Part shown: in pieces, positions 37,356 to 46,654 of the stretch
Layout of the letters: the number at the start of each line of letters is the position of its first letter
How positions within the stretch are numbered: position 1 is the first letter of the stretch
DNA from: Thermoanaerobaculia bacterium
GTDB lineage: Bacteria > Acidobacteriota > Thermoanaerobaculia > Gp7-AA8
Direction: 5' to 3'
NCBI GenBank assembly: GCA_049298815.1
Contig: JBAQWH010000652.1
Location: 1-58,831, forward strand
Length of the DNA stretch: 58,831 nt
Made by a program: the position numbers and the translations under genes
The notes under the pieces: model-generated
What the model saw: only the letters and a program-made list of their open reading frames with translations
The model's database searches: none
Told to the model about the DNA's origin: nothing

Positions 37356-38523
37356 TCGGTCCGCCTTTCGTTGTCACCTTCTGGTAGGCGCGATCCCAAT
37401 CAGCTTCTTTCATCGCCGCTGTGTACGTCTTCTGCGAGACCTCCGAGTGCTTTCTCGCCGCGCCGAAGCTGCGGCGCCAGTCGTCCCTCAGGCCGATCGC
37501 GGTCTTGGCATCCAGATCGGATCCGAGTTCCACCCACCGGCGCCATGAAGCATTGCTCTCGACCCAGACCGGATCGGTTTCGACCGATTCGCCGAGCAGG
37601 TAGCCGACACTCACATCGAGGAGGACGCTCATTCGGCGAAGCAACCGGGCGCTCGGATTTGTGACGGCAAACGGCTCGTGCATGAGTCGCTGCAGATACC
37701 CCAGACTGACCCCGAGGTCGTCTGCAAACTGGCTGTAGTCTCCGGACCAGTCGTTGATGAGCTTCGTCAGCCGAGGACCGAACGAGTCGTCATTCATCCC
37801 TCGGTACAGCGCGCGGTGCCGGAAGTGAAGACGTCGCAACTGCGTGAGACCCTCCGTGAGAGCTGCACGATCGATCGTGACGCCGATGTCGAGGTTACCT
37901 TCATATTGGATGTCGTGGCTGTGGATGAATGAACCCAACATCATCCGCGACAATCCACGCTTCGGAATCAGCCGCACGGCAGGAAGGCCCGCTTGAGTAA
38001 TGATCTCGTTCTCCTGGCCGACGCCATAACTGTTCGCCGCGCAAAAGATGATCACGCCGTCGAACGTGGAGGCTCGAGAGCGGTCGGTCAGGTAGACCAA
38101 GTCCGCGTCGAGATCGGGATTGTCGCGAGGGTGCGTGAAGTTCCCAGGCCAGTAGATCGAGAATGGCCGCGAGCTGAATTCAGTACTGCTCGCTACATCC
38201 TGAACCTGACCCACGACGCGCCGGAGTTCAGCATCGGCTCGCGGCGACAGTCCCGTCAGCGGCGACGCCAAGTAGAGGAGGATCTCTGGCGCGAGACGGT
38301 CGGTCTCGTTGAGGATGTCGCCGACCCTGAGTCCAAGCGCCTCGAACAGCTTACGCAGCTCAGGTTCAGACGGTTCTGCGACTCGGGTCATTAACTTAGA
38401 AATTCGCGATTGCTTCACGCCGGACCACGCCTCAAGTTGCGTCTGGGTGTAGTTGCGGTAGTGAATCAACTGCAAAAGACGCCCTAAGGCGTACTCGACC
38501 TGCTCCCTGCTCAGTGCGCGCAT
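37339..38523 (-). CDS. XRE-HTH / nucleoside 2-deoxyribosyltransferase-like / XRE-HTH fusion protein
   Basis: The start was set at MRALSREQ after a GGAGG RBS. HTH 1 is YTQTQLEAWSGVKQSRISKL. The central region has ILLYLASPLTG and DGVIIFCAANSYGVGQENEI, resembling the NDT YLAGP and D.GT..E.G motifs. HTH 2 is YSQFADDLGVSLGYLQRL. Confidence 0.7.
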   Translation of the reverse strand: MRALSREQVEYALGRLLQLIHYRNYTQTQLEAWSGVKQSRISKLMTRVAEPSEPELRKLFEALGLRVGDILNETDRLAPEILLYLASPLTGLSPRADAELRRVVGQVQDVASSTEFSSRPFSIYWPGNFTHPRDNPDLDADLVYLTDRSRASTFDGVIIFCAANSYGVGQENEIITQAGLPAVRLIPKRGLSRMMLGSFIHSHDIQYEGNLDIGVTIDRAALTEGLTQLRRLHFRHRALYRGMNDDSFGPRLTKLINDWSGDYSQFADDLGVSLGYLQRLMHEPFAVTNPSARLLRRMSVLLDVSVGYLLGESVETDPVWVESNASWRRWVELGSDLDAKTAIGLRDDWRRSFGAARKHSEVSQKTYTAAMKEADWDRAYQKVTTKGGPSGKLF

Positions 38524-38697
38524 GTGAACCTCCACGCAGCCACGATAGGGCAACCTTGGGGTTCCAGCCTGAATTCCGGTGGAATACTATGTCGCTTCTA
38601 CTATTCCATCGTAAGTTACTGACAACATAGAATGTTATGGCACCAGCATTCAACACCAACCCGCTTAGAATGATTACTGTACACGCAGGAGACGACC

Positions 38698-38820
38698 ATG
38701 ATCAGACTGAACCTCCGCCGCGTGCTCACCCTCGACGTCAAGTCACCCACGCCTCTTGAGCTTGCATCGCTTGCTGTCGTGCTTGCCTTCGTGGCAATCG
38801 TGGCCGCCCTGGCGTTCTAG
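38698..38820 (+). CDS. possible 40-aa hydrophobic-tail peptide
   Basis: AGGAGA RBS 7 nt upstream. Translation MIRLNLRRVLTLDVKSPTPLELASLAVVLAFVAIVAALAF. Divergent from the XRE gene and below the ORF-track cutoff. Confidence 0.3.
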   Translation: MIRLNLRRVLTLDVKSPTPLELASLAVVLAFVAIVAALAF

Positions 38821-39225
38821 AGCGTTAACGAATGGAACGAAATGGTTCGCGAAACTGCGAGGTCGCGACGGCAAGCGGCGTTCCCGCCGCATTGCGCGGG
38901 CCGGGAGTGACATCAGCGTCCCACCCGACTAATCTCGCCATTCTTTTTGTGACGCCATGATGCGAGCGACAGAGACGGGAGACCTTTCGCGAACTTCGTT
39001 CTTCCGTCGAAGGGCGCCTCGAATGGCTGCTCTGTCGGAGTGGCGAGCCGCACTCCCCGAAGTGGCTGCTGCGAGCTACTCCGGCTCGCTCACCTCCCCT
39101 TGTCCCGCGGCGTCCGGAAACGAGCGACGGCTGATCGGATCGTCGCCTGTTGACGCACAGAACGGTAGGGGCAACATCCTGCCTCCCCGAACGCCCGCGT
39201 AGGGCCGACCCTGAAACACTCACCG

Positions 39226-39290
39226 GTGGGTTAAACCAGCTCGCGCAGAACGCCGACGCGCGGGCTATTCAGGCGTTACTTCCTGATCGC
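39226..39290 (+). pseudogene. degenerate fragment of a tyrosine recombinase gene related to 35118-35738
   Basis: The DNA aligns to 35601-35668 at roughly 70 percent. The translation LNQLAQNADARAIQALL parallels YQLAQNGADTRAIQGYL. Confidence 0.35.
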
Positions 39291-39648
39291 ATGGATGGTG
39301 ATAGAGCACCATCATGTGGTTCGCGGCGTTCGCCGTAATCATCACAACTATTGTCCGACGAGACCGCCGGGAGATCACGACGCGACCGTGGAGCCACCGA
39401 GATGCGATGCCTTTCGAGCGCTCGCCTCCACTGGCTGTAGAACGTTCGAGCTAAGCGCGTGGCAATTCGCCGTCGCAGGTCTCCCCGCTGTCGCGGACGC
39501 CCGAGGATCGGCTTGTTTCACACGCGCCGGGAGCCGCACAGTGAACTCACGATGGGCGAGACTTCCGCTGCTGCTCTACACGATGCTGGAACACCGCCCG
39601 GTGCTTGCGTTCACGCTGAGAATTCAGCATCTTCCGCGAGGCGAGGAT

Positions 39649-39867
39649 ATGAAGAACGACGAGGAGTTGCTGGCGCTCAGCGCGTATCGCGATCTCTGGA
39701 TGGACTGGCGGTCGGGTGTGCTGACGCTCGCTGAAGCCGCATTCCTCGCGCGCCGGTGTGAATTCGAGACTCGGCTCATCGACCTCGGCGTGCCGCGCTG
39801 GCTGCGACCTGTCGCAGCTTGGCTCTTCGACTACCTCTTCGAAGACGACGCCATCGCCGGGACCTAA
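39649..39867 (+). CDS. hypothetical 72-aa protein
   Basis: ATG after GAGGCGAGGA. MKNDEELLALSAYRDLWMDW... looks protein-like, unlike the upstream part of the track ORF. Confidence 0.3.
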   Translation: MKNDEELLALSAYRDLWMDWRSGVLTLAEAAFLARRCEFETRLIDLGVPRWLRPVAAWLFDYLFEDDAIAGT

Positions 39868-40230
39868 CGTTGGGCCGGTGTCGATCCCGGTGCAGCTCGT
39901 ACGTACCAGAAGCGCACCGGGACGACGGCGTCATCGCCGTCGTCCCTCATGGTTCACGATCGTGTTGGCGACACTCGTGAAGATCGCAGCCGGGTGACGG
40001 GTAACAACGACAGACTCGCTGAACAAGCTAGTCCACCACATCCACGAGACGATGATCAGGATCGTCTACAGGACGCGCTGGTGCATGAACCTGCACAAGG
40101 AGGACCTCAGCGTCGTCCTCGACGGCATTGATCGCCACAGCGGCTCAGAACGCGCCGGTAGGAACCGACCCACAGGCTCGCGGTGGCGTGGGCCTCGTGG
40201 AATGTAGCGGCAGAGCTTGGGCGACTGGCG

Positions 40231-40785
40231 TTACACGCGCGCTGTGCGCCGACCAAGCAGAAATGCAAGGATCACCGCCACTCCCGCGATACCGGCCGAC
40301 ACATAGACGCGTCCGCGCCGATCGCCCGGATCCACGCCTGCCATAACAGACTTACCGGCCTTGAGGGCTTCGCCCAGAAGATTGGGAAGCGCGAGAACAA
40401 CATACAGTGCGAAGGCACCTAGGTAGACGAACCCGACCTGAGCCCAAAACCACGTGGAGTGATCCGGGGGCGAAGGTACGAACGGCCGACTATTGCCGTA
40501 CCACAGATGGTGCCCGACTTCACGAACGGTCTCTCCCGCACCTTCCGGTATAAATAGAGCTGGCCCCGGATAGAGCATCGCCAGTACCAATGAAATCGTC
40601 CCCGCGAGGAACAAAAAGCGAAGACGTCCGAGGTGAGTACCTAGTATGGACGCAACCGCGTCCTTCATCGTGTAGGGAGACGGTTCGAACTTCTTGAGCG
40701 CAAATACGGTCAGAACCAGCCCGGCAAGCAAGGCACTCGAAATACCGACGAACTTTGCGACAAATATTAGCTCAGACATGGACAC
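40231..40785 (-). CDS. polytopic membrane protein
   Basis: 184-aa ORF with four or more hydrophobic helices. It lies 6 nt downstream of the previous membrane gene, in a visibly AT-richer segment. Confidence 0.6.
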   Translation of the reverse strand: MSMSELIFVAKFVGISSALLAGLVLTVFALKKFEPSPYTMKDAVASILGTHLGRLRFLFLAGTISLVLAMLYPGPALFIPEGAGETVREVGHHLWYGNSRPFVPSPPDHSTWFWAQVGFVYLGAFALYVVLALPNLLGEALKAGKSVMAGVDPGDRRGRVYVSAGIAGVAVILAFLLGRRTARV

Positions 40786-40791
40786 TCCTAG

Positions 40792-41313
40792 CTATGATCT
40801 GCTGAGGCCAGCTCCTAATGTGGGGACTGAGCTTTCAAAGAGGACTTGCTTTACGAGCCCGATAACTCCTGTTACGGCGAGAGATTGAGCAGGAGCTACA
40901 ACCAAGGCGAACAGCCACGTCGCCGGTGTCATTATGTCCGGCATCATGCCGCGCTCCAGAATCAGCCACGTCACCCCTCCTATGAGAAGCGCGGCTATAC
41001 CGAGCACTAAGCAGACGCCTGAAACCATAGCCAAGAAGCCAAACCGTTCGAGCGTGCTTCGCGCGGGGAGAGCAGCGATCAGAAAAAGAACTAAGCCGAA
41101 AAGCAGCTTGGCTGGCGCCATAACGAGATACGGATACGTCGGAATGCGTACGTCAGCACGCACCATCGCGGCTAGGTAGCGCGTGCCGTCTACCCCAGTG
41201 GCGAAGCTCACACACGCGACAACCAGCAGCACGGTGACTAGCAGGACACGGGTCCTGCTTGCATGAGAGCCTGACATCGAAGGATCTCCTTTCATCGCGT
41301 TGGACAAACTCAC
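40792..41313 (-). CDS. polytopic membrane protein
   Basis: 173-aa ORF with several hydrophobic helices. Confidence 0.6.
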   Translation of the reverse strand: MSLSNAMKGDPSMSGSHASRTRVLLVTVLLVVACVSFATGVDGTRYLAAMVRADVRIPTYPYLVMAPAKLLFGLVLFLIAALPARSTLERFGFLAMVSGVCLVLGIAALLIGGVTWLILERGMMPDIMTPATWLFALVVAPAQSLAVTGVIGLVKQVLFESSVPTLGAGLSRS

Positions 41314-41464
41314 ACGGTTTCAGCCGCCCAACGGCTCTGCGGTTCAGCGGCTTCGACCCGCGCGCAGAGCATGATGACGCCTATTCTAATTGCTAATTGG
41401 CGAACCGCCCAGACAAGCCGGTGGTCCCACAGCGTCATTCCGGCAATCGGGCCATCTAAAGACA

Positions 41465-41905
41465 TCATCGAAAAGCGTCGTCGATGTCGCCGAGTTCTTC
41501 CCAGCCGTCACTCTTGAGACGACGGATCTTCGGAGCGCCACCCTTCAGCCACGAGCCGAGGAGCACGTCGCGTGCGTGGTATCGCCGCTTCACTGCACGC
41601 AGGCGTTCGAGGTCCTCGTCAGTCGGCATCGGCGCGCTGCCACCCTTGATCTGGATCAGGATGATCTCGAAGTTGTCCCCGCGCTTGCCGCACCCGCTGA
41701 CCACCCGATGGTCTTTGCGGATCGCCATCAGGTCGACGATGCCGACCGACTCCGCACCGGACTCGCCGCAGAACGTCACGAGCTGCCATTTCGTACGCGA
41801 TACGGCCTCGGTGATCCGTTTCTTCACCAACGTGACGGCCCACCGCGCCGTGCGTGCGGCCTTCTGCTGTGCGGCGATCCAGCCGATCGGAGTCACGAGC
41901 GGCAT
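41465..41905 (-). CDS. small PD-(D/E)xK-like (resolvase/VRR-NUC-size) protein, tentative
   Basis: GIVDLMAIRK...FEIILIQIKGG fits D-x(n)-(E/Q)-x-K. 146 aa. Confidence 0.5.
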   Translation of the reverse strand: MPLVTPIGWIAAQQKAARTARWAVTLVKKRITEAVSRTKWQLVTFCGESGAESVGIVDLMAIRKDHRVVSGCGKRGDNFEIILIQIKGGSAPMPTDEDLERLRAVKRRYHARDVLLGSWLKGGAPKIRRLKSDGWEELGDIDDAFR

Positions 41906-42012
41906 GATACCGGGGCTGATCGGACGCCCGACAAAGGAATGTAATTTCGAAACCCAGAAGGTGGAAGGCTGGGATGTTAGGCGCCGTTGAGGTGCTATCG
42001 AACAGCGCGCCG

Positions 42013-42480
42013 CTACGGGTGCTCGATCAGTATCGGTCCCTCCGGGACGAACGGCTTACCGTACGCTTTCCTCTTCCCGAAGCCGGTAAAATGCGAGACA
42101 GGAATGTGGTCGTTCCGGGGGAGCATGCGGAGGTCTTCGACCTCCCAGAACACCGCCCACCAGCCGTCGTTGTCGGAGACGTGCGTTGCGGTCGAAGGCG
42201 GTCGGTACCGCATACCGGCAGGGTGCGCCCCTCCGCTGCTCTCAACGTGGGCGACGTATCTAGCGACCCATGATGCCACCAGCGCCGCGTCGTCGTGGGA
42301 TGCGTAGATGTACACGTCGACAGGGAGACCCGCTCGAAGATCATCGAGTTCCCGGAACACCTGCCATGCTCGGCTGCCGAACGCGACGCGGCCCTCCCTC
42401 TCCGCAACTAACCGGCCATCATCGAGGTATACGCGAGGCACGGGTGCGAGAAGCGCGACGTTACGTGCTGTTTCGATCAT
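42013..42480 (-). CDS. hypothetical protein, 155 aa
   Basis: Starts 18 nt after the EVE-DUF3883 stop. No recognised motif. Confidence 0.6.
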   Translation of the reverse strand: MIETARNVALLAPVPRVYLDDGRLVAEREGRVAFGSRAWQVFRELDDLRAGLPVDVYIYASHDDAALVASWVARYVAHVESSGGAHPAGMRYRPPSTATHVSDNDGWWAVFWEVEDLRMLPRNDHIPVSHFTGFGKRKAYGKPFVPEGPILIEHP

Positions 42481-42498
42481 GTGAACCCCCGGAGGCTC

Positions 42499-43785
42499 CT
42501 ACGCTACGGTGGCTGCGACGTCGTCAGCCATGATCGTGGTGACCAGCAACCCGTTCGCGTGCGGAACCGTGTACTCGTACGTCGTCACACGCAGGTGCTC
42601 CCGCGCGGGCGACCAAGCCTCGATGACGATGGCGTTACCACCCAAGGCCTCGGGACCTTCTTTTCCCGGCCGCACGACGATCCGCGTGACTAGGAACAGG
42701 TCCGTACGCCATGCGGACAATTCGGCGTTCACGACCTCGTTGGCGGTCAGCGTCACCCTCTCACCGTTCGAAGTAGTGCCCTTCACCTCGACGCGAACCT
42801 CCAGACCGTTCTTGACGCACCGGTAGTCGTACGGCTTCGTCTCAGCCGTCCTCTCCGCTTCGAAACCCTGCTTCACGTAGTGCTCATACGCTAGCGCCAT
42901 CGCCCGCTCCTCGACAGCCCTGCGAACAGCTACGTCTGGCTGTCGACCGGCGCGTCTCGCGAACACCTTCGGGGCCGGTTCAGGTGCGACTGCTGGAGGC
43001 TCGGCAAGGTTCGGTGCCGCGTGGTTCCCTTCTGGCCACAGCGCGTTGAAGGCATACGTCAACTCGTCGACTAGAAGCTCACCGCGAGCGGGGTCGAAGA
43101 ACTCGCTCCACACCTCGCGGTCCGTTTTGGAGACCGCAGGCATCCCGGCACCCTCCACCGTGGGGTCAAGGTGGCGGAAGTTCATCACCTTCGCGTACGT
43201 GCTCTCGACGGCTCGGCCAATGCGAACGGCCGTCGCTGCGATCGGCGAGTTCGGTGCCACCGAGACCTCGCCATGCTTGGTTCGCTCGTAAACCAACAAC
43301 GCCGCGATGTCTTCTTCGCGGGTCCAGTCACGGCCCGTCCTCTGCCACAGTGCTTCGAGACGACGGCCTTCGGCATCGCCCAGCTCGTAGTTCGTCTCGC
43401 TCGCCATCTTCAGGATGCGCAGGCTGCTCGCAACGGGATCGCGCAGCAGCCACTCACGCTTCACGACCTGCTTGCTGTTGGAGACGGCCTCGACCTTCAC
43501 ACTCACTCGAAGGTCCAGATCAGCGCCACCGTCGCTCTTCCAGAGCTGAACCGATACCTCGTCTTCTGGTCGCAGTCTCGGCGGCTCGGTGATCGTCCCG
43601 CTGGCCATCACTCCTGCATTGCCTCGCTTCTTGCCTGCTGAGCGCCAGAAGTAGACGCGGTCGCCAACGTGCATCCGGTCGGCCAGATGCTTTTGCCTGA
43701 CGGTCCACAGAACATCGGCACCGGGCTTCAGGTAGGCATCGAGATCGAAGTCGTCTGGGTTGCCCTGAAAGATCCACGCGTTCAT
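42499..43785 (-). CDS. EVE (PUA-like) domain fused to a DUF3883 PD-(D/E)xK nuclease domain
   Basis: N-terminus MNAWIFQGNPDDFDLD...GDRVYFWRS (EVE-like). The middle segment RIGRAVESTYAKVMNFRHLDP...SKTDREVWSEF is as seen in COG3183-type restriction proteins. C-terminus YDYRCVKNGLEVRVEVKGTTS...LTANEV (DUF3883-like). Confidence 0.75.
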   Translation of the reverse strand: MNAWIFQGNPDDFDLDAYLKPGADVLWTVRQKHLADRMHVGDRVYFWRSAGKKRGNAGVMASGTITEPPRLRPEDEVSVQLWKSDGGADLDLRVSVKVEAVSNSKQVVKREWLLRDPVASSLRILKMASETNYELGDAEGRRLEALWQRTGRDWTREEDIAALLVYERTKHGEVSVAPNSPIAATAVRIGRAVESTYAKVMNFRHLDPTVEGAGMPAVSKTDREVWSEFFDPARGELLVDELTYAFNALWPEGNHAAPNLAEPPAVAPEPAPKVFARRAGRQPDVAVRRAVEERAMALAYEHYVKQGFEAERTAETKPYDYRCVKNGLEVRVEVKGTTSNGERVTLTANEVVNAELSAWRTDLFLVTRIVVRPGKEGPEALGGNAIVIEAWSPAREHLRVTTYEYTVPHANGLLVTTIMADDVAATVA

Positions 43786-43845
43786 GCAGTAGAACCTTGC
43801 ACCATTGCGATGCGCTCCGCAACGACCGGCAGCATGACTCGGGAG

Positions 43846-44670
43846 TTACCTTCTCACCGCGTCGATGAAGTCGCAGAACTCCTTCTGGATGGCGTTGCTG
43901 GGCGCCAGCATCCCGCTTCCGAGTTGAACAACGAGCTGAACTCGCACTCCGCTGCCGGAGCCCGTGATCGTGATGTTGAACGGGATGGTCTTCCCGCTTC
44001 CAATCACGCCTTGATTTGCGGAGATGACCCCGGCCTCTCGGCTCGAACTGACGACCTGCCATCCTCCCCCAGCCATCTGAGCGATGAGAACGTCGAAGGC
44101 TTGCGTGCGCGTCGTTCCTGTTACGTCAGCGAAGGTCGTGAACTTGTAGCCGACAACGAAGCTCCCACCCTTCAGGAAGTTCTTCACGCAGGGATCATCG
44201 GTCGAGCGCCCGATCGCCGTCGCGTCCTGTTGCTTTTCGGCAGCTTCCTGCTGACGCTCCTCTTCCTCACTCTCGCGCGTCACCGCGCTTTTCAACCGAC
44301 TCTTCACACGCGACATGCGTCCCGGTTGTGCCGCTGGAGCAGTCTCTTCGTTCGTAGGGGTTGGAGTTAGGGCTGCTGACGGTGACGGCGAAGGTCGTGA
44401 CGCCGGTGCGGCCCACGCGAGCATGGCCTCGATGACATCGTCCGGCACTTTGTTCTTCTTCAGAGCGACAAGCCCTCCAGTGGTCGTGTCGAACTCTGCG
44501 GCGCTAGCACCTCGGATCTTCTTGATGACCAACTCGGGTCCGAGACCTGCCTCGATCAGCGCGATGACGTCCGCGTTGGTCATCTGTTGCTCGATCGGGG
44601 CAGTGGAGTCCTGAGACATGGTTGATACAGCGCACAGGCATAGCAGCAGTGCAAGCACGACGTGTCGCAT
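43846..44670 (-). CDS. secreted hypothetical protein
   Basis: Signal-like MRHVVLALLLCLCAVSTMSQ. 274 aa. Confidence 0.65.
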   Translation of the reverse strand: MRHVVLALLLCLCAVSTMSQDSTAPIEQQMTNADVIALIEAGLGPELVIKKIRGASAAEFDTTTGGLVALKKNKVPDDVIEAMLAWAAPASRPSPSPSAALTPTPTNEETAPAAQPGRMSRVKSRLKSAVTRESEEEERQQEAAEKQQDATAIGRSTDDPCVKNFLKGGSFVVGYKFTTFADVTGTTRTQAFDVLIAQMAGGGWQVVSSSREAGVISANQGVIGSGKTIPFNITITGSGSGVRVQLVVQLGSGMLAPSNAIQKEFCDFIDAVRR

Positions 44671-44767
44671 TAAAAGATCCCCTCCCTCGAATGTACGTAG
44701 GGTCGATATCCTCGTCGCTCCGCGCTGTGCTCCGGCTCACTCATGAACGGGCTACTCCCCCGCTGGG

Positions 44768-45052
44768 GTGACGACGTTCTCGTTCCGTTCGGCACGAGAC
44801 GGTGGCGACTGGGACCACGATCCCGAGCCGGATCTCGACGATGTATCTGAAGGCCCCGAATGGTTTGTCGAGTGCGGTGAGTGCGGCCACGAGATCGAGT
44901 TCGGCTGGTCCGCGCCGGGTCGGGGCGGTCGTCTCTGCCCAGTCGAGCGCAGTGACGTTGACCCGTCCGCGACGTGGCCAGAGCCCCGCTTCACGGCGGA
45001 CTGGGAGCGGCGGCGATGGGTGCTCGGAACTGATTCCGGGACCGACGGCTGA
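44768..45052 (+). CDS. hypothetical zinc-ribbon-like protein
   Basis: ECGECGHEIEFGW...CPVE. It overlaps a convergent ORF, so the call is weak. Confidence 0.35.
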   Translation: MTTFSFRSARDGGDWDHDPEPDLDDVSEGPEWFVECGECGHEIEFGWSAPGRGGRLCPVERSDVDPSATWPEPRFTADWERRRWVLGTDSGTDG

Positions 45053-45359
45053 CGCCGTCCAGCCTCGACAGAGACGGCACACCCGCGATGGCGTTCGCCA
45101 CCTCGACTACGAGCGACTCGAACCTCTTCATTCGGTTCTTCGTCTTCGATCGGAAGAGCGCCTTTCCGTCGTCGAGGTAGAGCGTGCCCTGAAGCCATCG
45201 AGCTTCGGTTCGAACACCCACTCCGGGCCGACCGGAATGGTCTTTCGGAACACGGGGACGACCGGCTCGATGATCGGCAACATCACCGACCGGGAGGTTC
45301 AACCGCTGTGCCCGATGGCGTGATCGCTGTCACGCTCCCTCAACTTTTCTACGTTGCGG

Positions 45360-45405
45360 CGGACCCTCTAAGGAAAAAGTTCCCTTATTGAGATGTGAGA
45401 GGGAA
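45360..45405 (+). promoter_or_regulatory. reiterated operator/promoter-like motif, copy 1
   Basis: CGGACCCTCTAAGGAAAAAGTTCCCTTA core with an internal imperfect inverted repeat TAAGGAA/TTCCCTTA. It lies 120 nt upstream of the Rep-like gene. Confidence 0.5.
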
Positions 45406-45525
45406 CTGCTCGCTGAAGGGCTCCCTATGGAGGAATCAAATGCAAACTGAAGTCGGCAGGTGTCGGCGCGGCGGGCGGCAGCTTCCGCTGCCGCGCCTCG
45501 GGACGGCTCACAGAGGGGGCCGTCG

Positions 45526-46551
45526 ATGATCAAGGACTTCCGGCTGAAGGCCGGGTACTTCGAGAACTTCAAGGTCAGGAAGCTCCACAGGCAACTCGGC
45601 GACGCGGGTCTGCTCGCGCACCTCACGCTGCTGGTGCACACCGCCGAGAACAAGCAGTCAGGTGACCTTGGAAAGGTGAGCGACGCAGACATCGAGTTGA
45701 TGGGCGAGTGGGACTATGACAATCGCGCCGGGCAGTTCGCGAAGTCACTCTTTGCTGCGCGCTTGCTGGATCGACGGGAAGACGGAAAGGTCACCGTTCA
45801 CGACTGGGCGGAACACAACCCCTATGTGTCGACGGGGAAGAGCCGCCGCAAGAAGAGCGCGAAGCCGGAGCAGGTCGACTTCCGAGTCGCCACCTCCTTT
45901 CGGAGGAACTTGAAGATCCGGCAGCTCGAAAAGGAACATGGTCCCGCTGGTGTCGTTTCTCTCGTGCGGTTGTGGGCGCATGCCGCCATTCATCGGACGA
46001 AGGGCGATCTGGTTCGCATGACGTACGCCGACATCGCGCTCGCGGCGGGCTGGTCCGGCGAGTACGACGCCGACTTCGTCCGGTCGCTCGTCCGCATCGG
46101 TCTTCTCGATGCCACCGGCTCCGACGATGACAAGAGCGTGAAGGCCGCGATGAGCTGCTTCGATGGCGACGATGATCCGGATGCCGTTGGCCTTGTCGGA
46201 CTGGCGTTCGCGATTCATGACTGGGAGGAGTGGAACGGCTACCGCTACGGCGCCGAAGCCCGCTCGGCCCAAGCTCGTGAGGCTGCGAAGGCGAGATGGA
46301 AATCGGAGGACGCTAACGATTCGATCGAGACCGCAACGCAGAAGGCCAACGAGGTCAAGCCGATCGAGCAGCCGAAGGGTGTGCCAGCCTCGGTGTTGTA
46401 CGCGCCGCCGCCTATGCCCGCTGAGTTTCAGCGGTTCATGCCGTCGGACCCGATCTCCACGATAACGGTGGAGGCGAGTGAGGAGCTGAAGCGACGCACT
46501 GCGCCGGGAGGCGGCACGGTGCTAAGTGGGAACGCGTTCACGAAGAGGTAG
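45526..46551 (+). CDS. replication-organizer-like protein (two DnaD/replisome-organizer-like winged-helix repeats, tentative)
   Basis: The start was moved to MIKDFRLKAGYF. Internal duplication: F.NFKVRKLHRQLGDAGLLAHLTLLVH versus FRRNLKIRQLEKEHGPAGVVSLVRLWAH. Confidence 0.6.
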   Translation: MIKDFRLKAGYFENFKVRKLHRQLGDAGLLAHLTLLVHTAENKQSGDLGKVSDADIELMGEWDYDNRAGQFAKSLFAARLLDRREDGKVTVHDWAEHNPYVSTGKSRRKKSAKPEQVDFRVATSFRRNLKIRQLEKEHGPAGVVSLVRLWAHAAIHRTKGDLVRMTYADIALAAGWSGEYDADFVRSLVRIGLLDATGSDDDKSVKAAMSCFDGDDDPDAVGLVGLAFAIHDWEEWNGYRYGAEARSAQAREAAKARWKSEDANDSIETATQKANEVKPIEQPKGVPASVLYAPPPMPAEFQRFMPSDPISTITVEASEELKRRTAPGGGTVLSGNAFTKR

Positions 46552-46624
46552 TACACGCTGCCGCCGCCATCGGATGAATTCACCGGTGGCGGCGGCATTG
46601 CTCGACTTCGAAATCAGCATTGCC

Positions 46625-46654
46625 CCGTCTCCGTCTCCGTCTCCGTCTCCGTCT
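46625..46654 (+). repeat. (CCGTCT)x5 microsatellite inside a C/T-rich tract
   Basis: Five perfect tandem hexamers read directly from the sequence. Confidence 0.9.

Noticed and set aside
38825-39223. 132-aa minus-strand ORF and overlapping plus-strand ORFs in the 0.8 kb gap after the small peptide ORF.
   Set aside because: The translations are Arg/Ser/Gly-rich with no protein-like pattern and no RBS. The region more likely holds decayed sequence, including the recombinase remnant.
44991-45302. 103-aa minus-strand ORF with a segment (GTLYLDDGKALFRSKTKNRMKRFESLVVEV) that looked vaguely like a transposase or recombinase fragment.
   Set aside because: No catalytic motif was identified, the N-terminal half is low-complexity, and it overlaps the convergent 44768-45052 ORF. 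It is left uncalled.
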